From contig JAWQFM010000006.1 of NCBI GenBank assembly GCA_033442325.1, positions 666,673 to 730,672 on the forward strand: 64,000 nt of DNA, in the 5' to 3' direction. Shown piece by piece: positions 61,954-64,000 of the stretch (positions within the stretch are counted from its first letter, which is position 1; every line of letters begins with the position of its first letter). The position numbers and the translations under genes were made by a program. The notes under the pieces are model-generated. The model saw only the letters and a list, made by a program, of their open reading frames with translations, did no database searches and was not told the DNA's origin. This DNA comes from Salpingoeca rosetta. Its lineage: Eukaryota; Protista; Choanoflagellata.

Positions 61954-64000
61954 ATCCGTCTCCCATGTTGCCACCCTGCCGCCCTGACGACATCGTTGCT
62001 GCACATGCGCCTTGCCCTCACCACCACCGCCGCCGCCACCACCACCATCACATCGACCTGTCCACGGCCAGTGCTTGGCATGCTGTATCTGCTGCATTTC
62101 GCCCGTGGTGTGCGCGCATTCTCCAAGTTCATTCTCATGACCGAACGCATGGTCATCGACATGCGGTTCTGGTGCGTACACGCAAGTGGTGATGACTGTC
62201 TATTTGTGACATCCATGTGTGTGCTGTCTGTCTGTGTGTGTGTGTGTGTGCGATGCTCCTCTGTGCTTGATGCACTCGCATCTCACATTCACTCCAACAC
62301 CATGATCATCACCACCACGTCAGGACGATTGTGTTTGCGGTGGAGCTCGTTGGCTTCGCCCTCGGCTTCCAGCTCCTCTTCAACAACCACGACCCGCACA
62401 CTGGTCGGCACGCATGTCGCTCTGTACTGTTCTGTGCGCTCGCGTTGCTGTTCTGTGTTGTTCTGTGCTCTCGCTTTGGTGTGTGTACTCGCGTCGTTGA
62501 TGCTCTCACACACCCCCCCCCAACCACTTCCACCACCACACCTGACTCAACCCCCACCTCTCCCTTTACATGTGTGCTGCTCGCACCAGGCCCGATTGAC
62601 CTCGAGACGATGTGGATTGGCATGTTCACCCTTGTCAAGTGGACCATGGGCGAGGTGCGACCATTGTCGTCATGTTGCTGCTCTCACTCCTGCGACTGCT
62701 GTCGCGTCTCTTGCTGCTACATATTTCTCTTCCTTGTACTTCTTTCGTTATATGCGTGATACCGTTTCCGCTCACACCCACCTTGCTGCTTTTCCACAAG
62801 ACAATTTCACAACGCGCCTGCGTGTGATGTATTCATTGCTCCACACCTCACTTTGTACACACACATTCGCATGCACGCACACATAACACCCTCACACACC
62901 CTCACACCCTTACCCACGCTGCTTGTCCTGCCTTGCTCGCGGCGCCAGTTCAACTTCACCTCCAATGAGGTTGAGGTCTCTATTTCGCAGCCCGCATCCT
63001 ACATCCTCTTCATCGGATTCGTCATCCTCTCCGTATGTTTGCACCCACGAAAATGCACCCGTCTCTGTGTGTGTGTATGTGTCTGTCTGTGTGTGCGTGT
63101 GTGTGTTGGTTTGTTTGTGTGTGTGTGTGTGTCTGTGTCTGCGTCTGTGTGTTGGTGTGATCGTGTTCCCATCTGTGTGCATGTGTGTGCACTCGAGTAC
63201 CATATCTGCTGCTTGTCTTCAGTCCCTCACCCCAGCTCTTCACACGACCCCGGCAACTGCTGCGTGCATTTCCCCCCTCAACCGCAACAGTCCACTGTCC
63301 TGTTCAACATCCTCATTGCTCTCATGACATCGACCTTCCAAACCTACGACGCGGAAGCAACCACCCTTTCCACCATGCAGGTGCTGTGATTCGTCTCTGC
63401 CTCCATGTTTGCTTGTCTGTGTCTGTGTGCGTACGTGTGTGTCTCTGTGTGTGTCTGTGTATGTGTCTGTGTGTGTGTCTGTACATGTCAGTTCCGCGTC
63501 TCCGCGCTCAAAAACAAACCAACCCCCTTACCTGCTTCATCATCATCACCAACCACCACTGCAACAACAACAACAACAACAACAACAACTGCCACCACGC
63601 AGTGGGCGACGACGATTATCAGCATCGAGTACAAGCTGCGTCGCATTGGCGTCTACAGCAAGAAGTGGCGCACAGGAACACCTGGGGAGGACTGCGGTGG
63701 CCGTCCAAACGAATTCTACAAGGTGCGCGTGCACGTACTCGCGCGCGCGTGCGTGTGCGTGTGTCTGTAAGTGTGTGTCTATGTGTCTGTGTGTGTCTAT
63801 GTGTCTGTGTGTGTGTCTAAGTCTGTGTGTGTGCGTGCAATCACAGCATGCCCTGCTTGCTTGCTCGTCCTCTTCGCCCACACTGCCGTGCTGGCCTCCA
63901 TCGCCACTGCAGGTGACGCTGGTGTACGATGCGCCAGACAAGGCAAAGCGCGACAGCGAAGGCGGTGTCTCTCCCACAAAGCACGAAGCCAAGAAGCACG
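58321..64000 (+). CDS. TRPV-family cation channel (ankyrin repeats + 6 TM + TRP helix), ~19 exons, continues beyond the window; start uncertain
   Basis: [21 protein letters not shown]|TFF...[40 protein letters not shown]|..[13 protein letters not shown], pore [10 protein letters not shown]|F, S6 [17 protein letters not shown] helix Q|WATTIISIE. Confidence 0.92.

Overview
This is eukaryotic, GC-rich, intron-dense DNA whose introns are filled with (CA/TG)n, (GA)n and (AAC)n microsatellites. The style and the metazoan-like gene set suggest a choanoflagellate, most likely Salpingoeca rosetta (inference). Most ORF-track entries are microsatellite noise, so I rebuilt genes by hand from GT/GC-AG junctions and reading-frame phase. 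Genes in order: NDUFA4/B12D-like 3' end (+); small unknown gene with a 4E-binding-like motif (-); TMEM98 homolog (+); intronless two-TM protein with tandem TFIIS-N domains (-); IGF2BP/IMP-type 2xRRM-4xKH protein (-); TRF2-like telobox Myb protein (-), joined through an 11-nt microexon, with its 5' part repeated between assembly gaps; tandem-PH sphingosine-kinase-family lipid kinase (+); ZAK-alpha/MAP3K20-like kinase (-); LtrA-family membrane protein with a long His-rich tail (+); intronless ETNPPL/PHYKPL-like class-III PLP enzyme (+); membrane-anchored CBM21 protein (-); IMP4 (-) head-to-head with RRP42/EXOSC7 (+); GH33 sialidase (-); TRPV channel (+, runs off the window). No tRNA, rRNA, CRISPR array or intact transposon was recognised. 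All family assignments are by-eye motif comparisons from memory and need HMM or structure confirmation.
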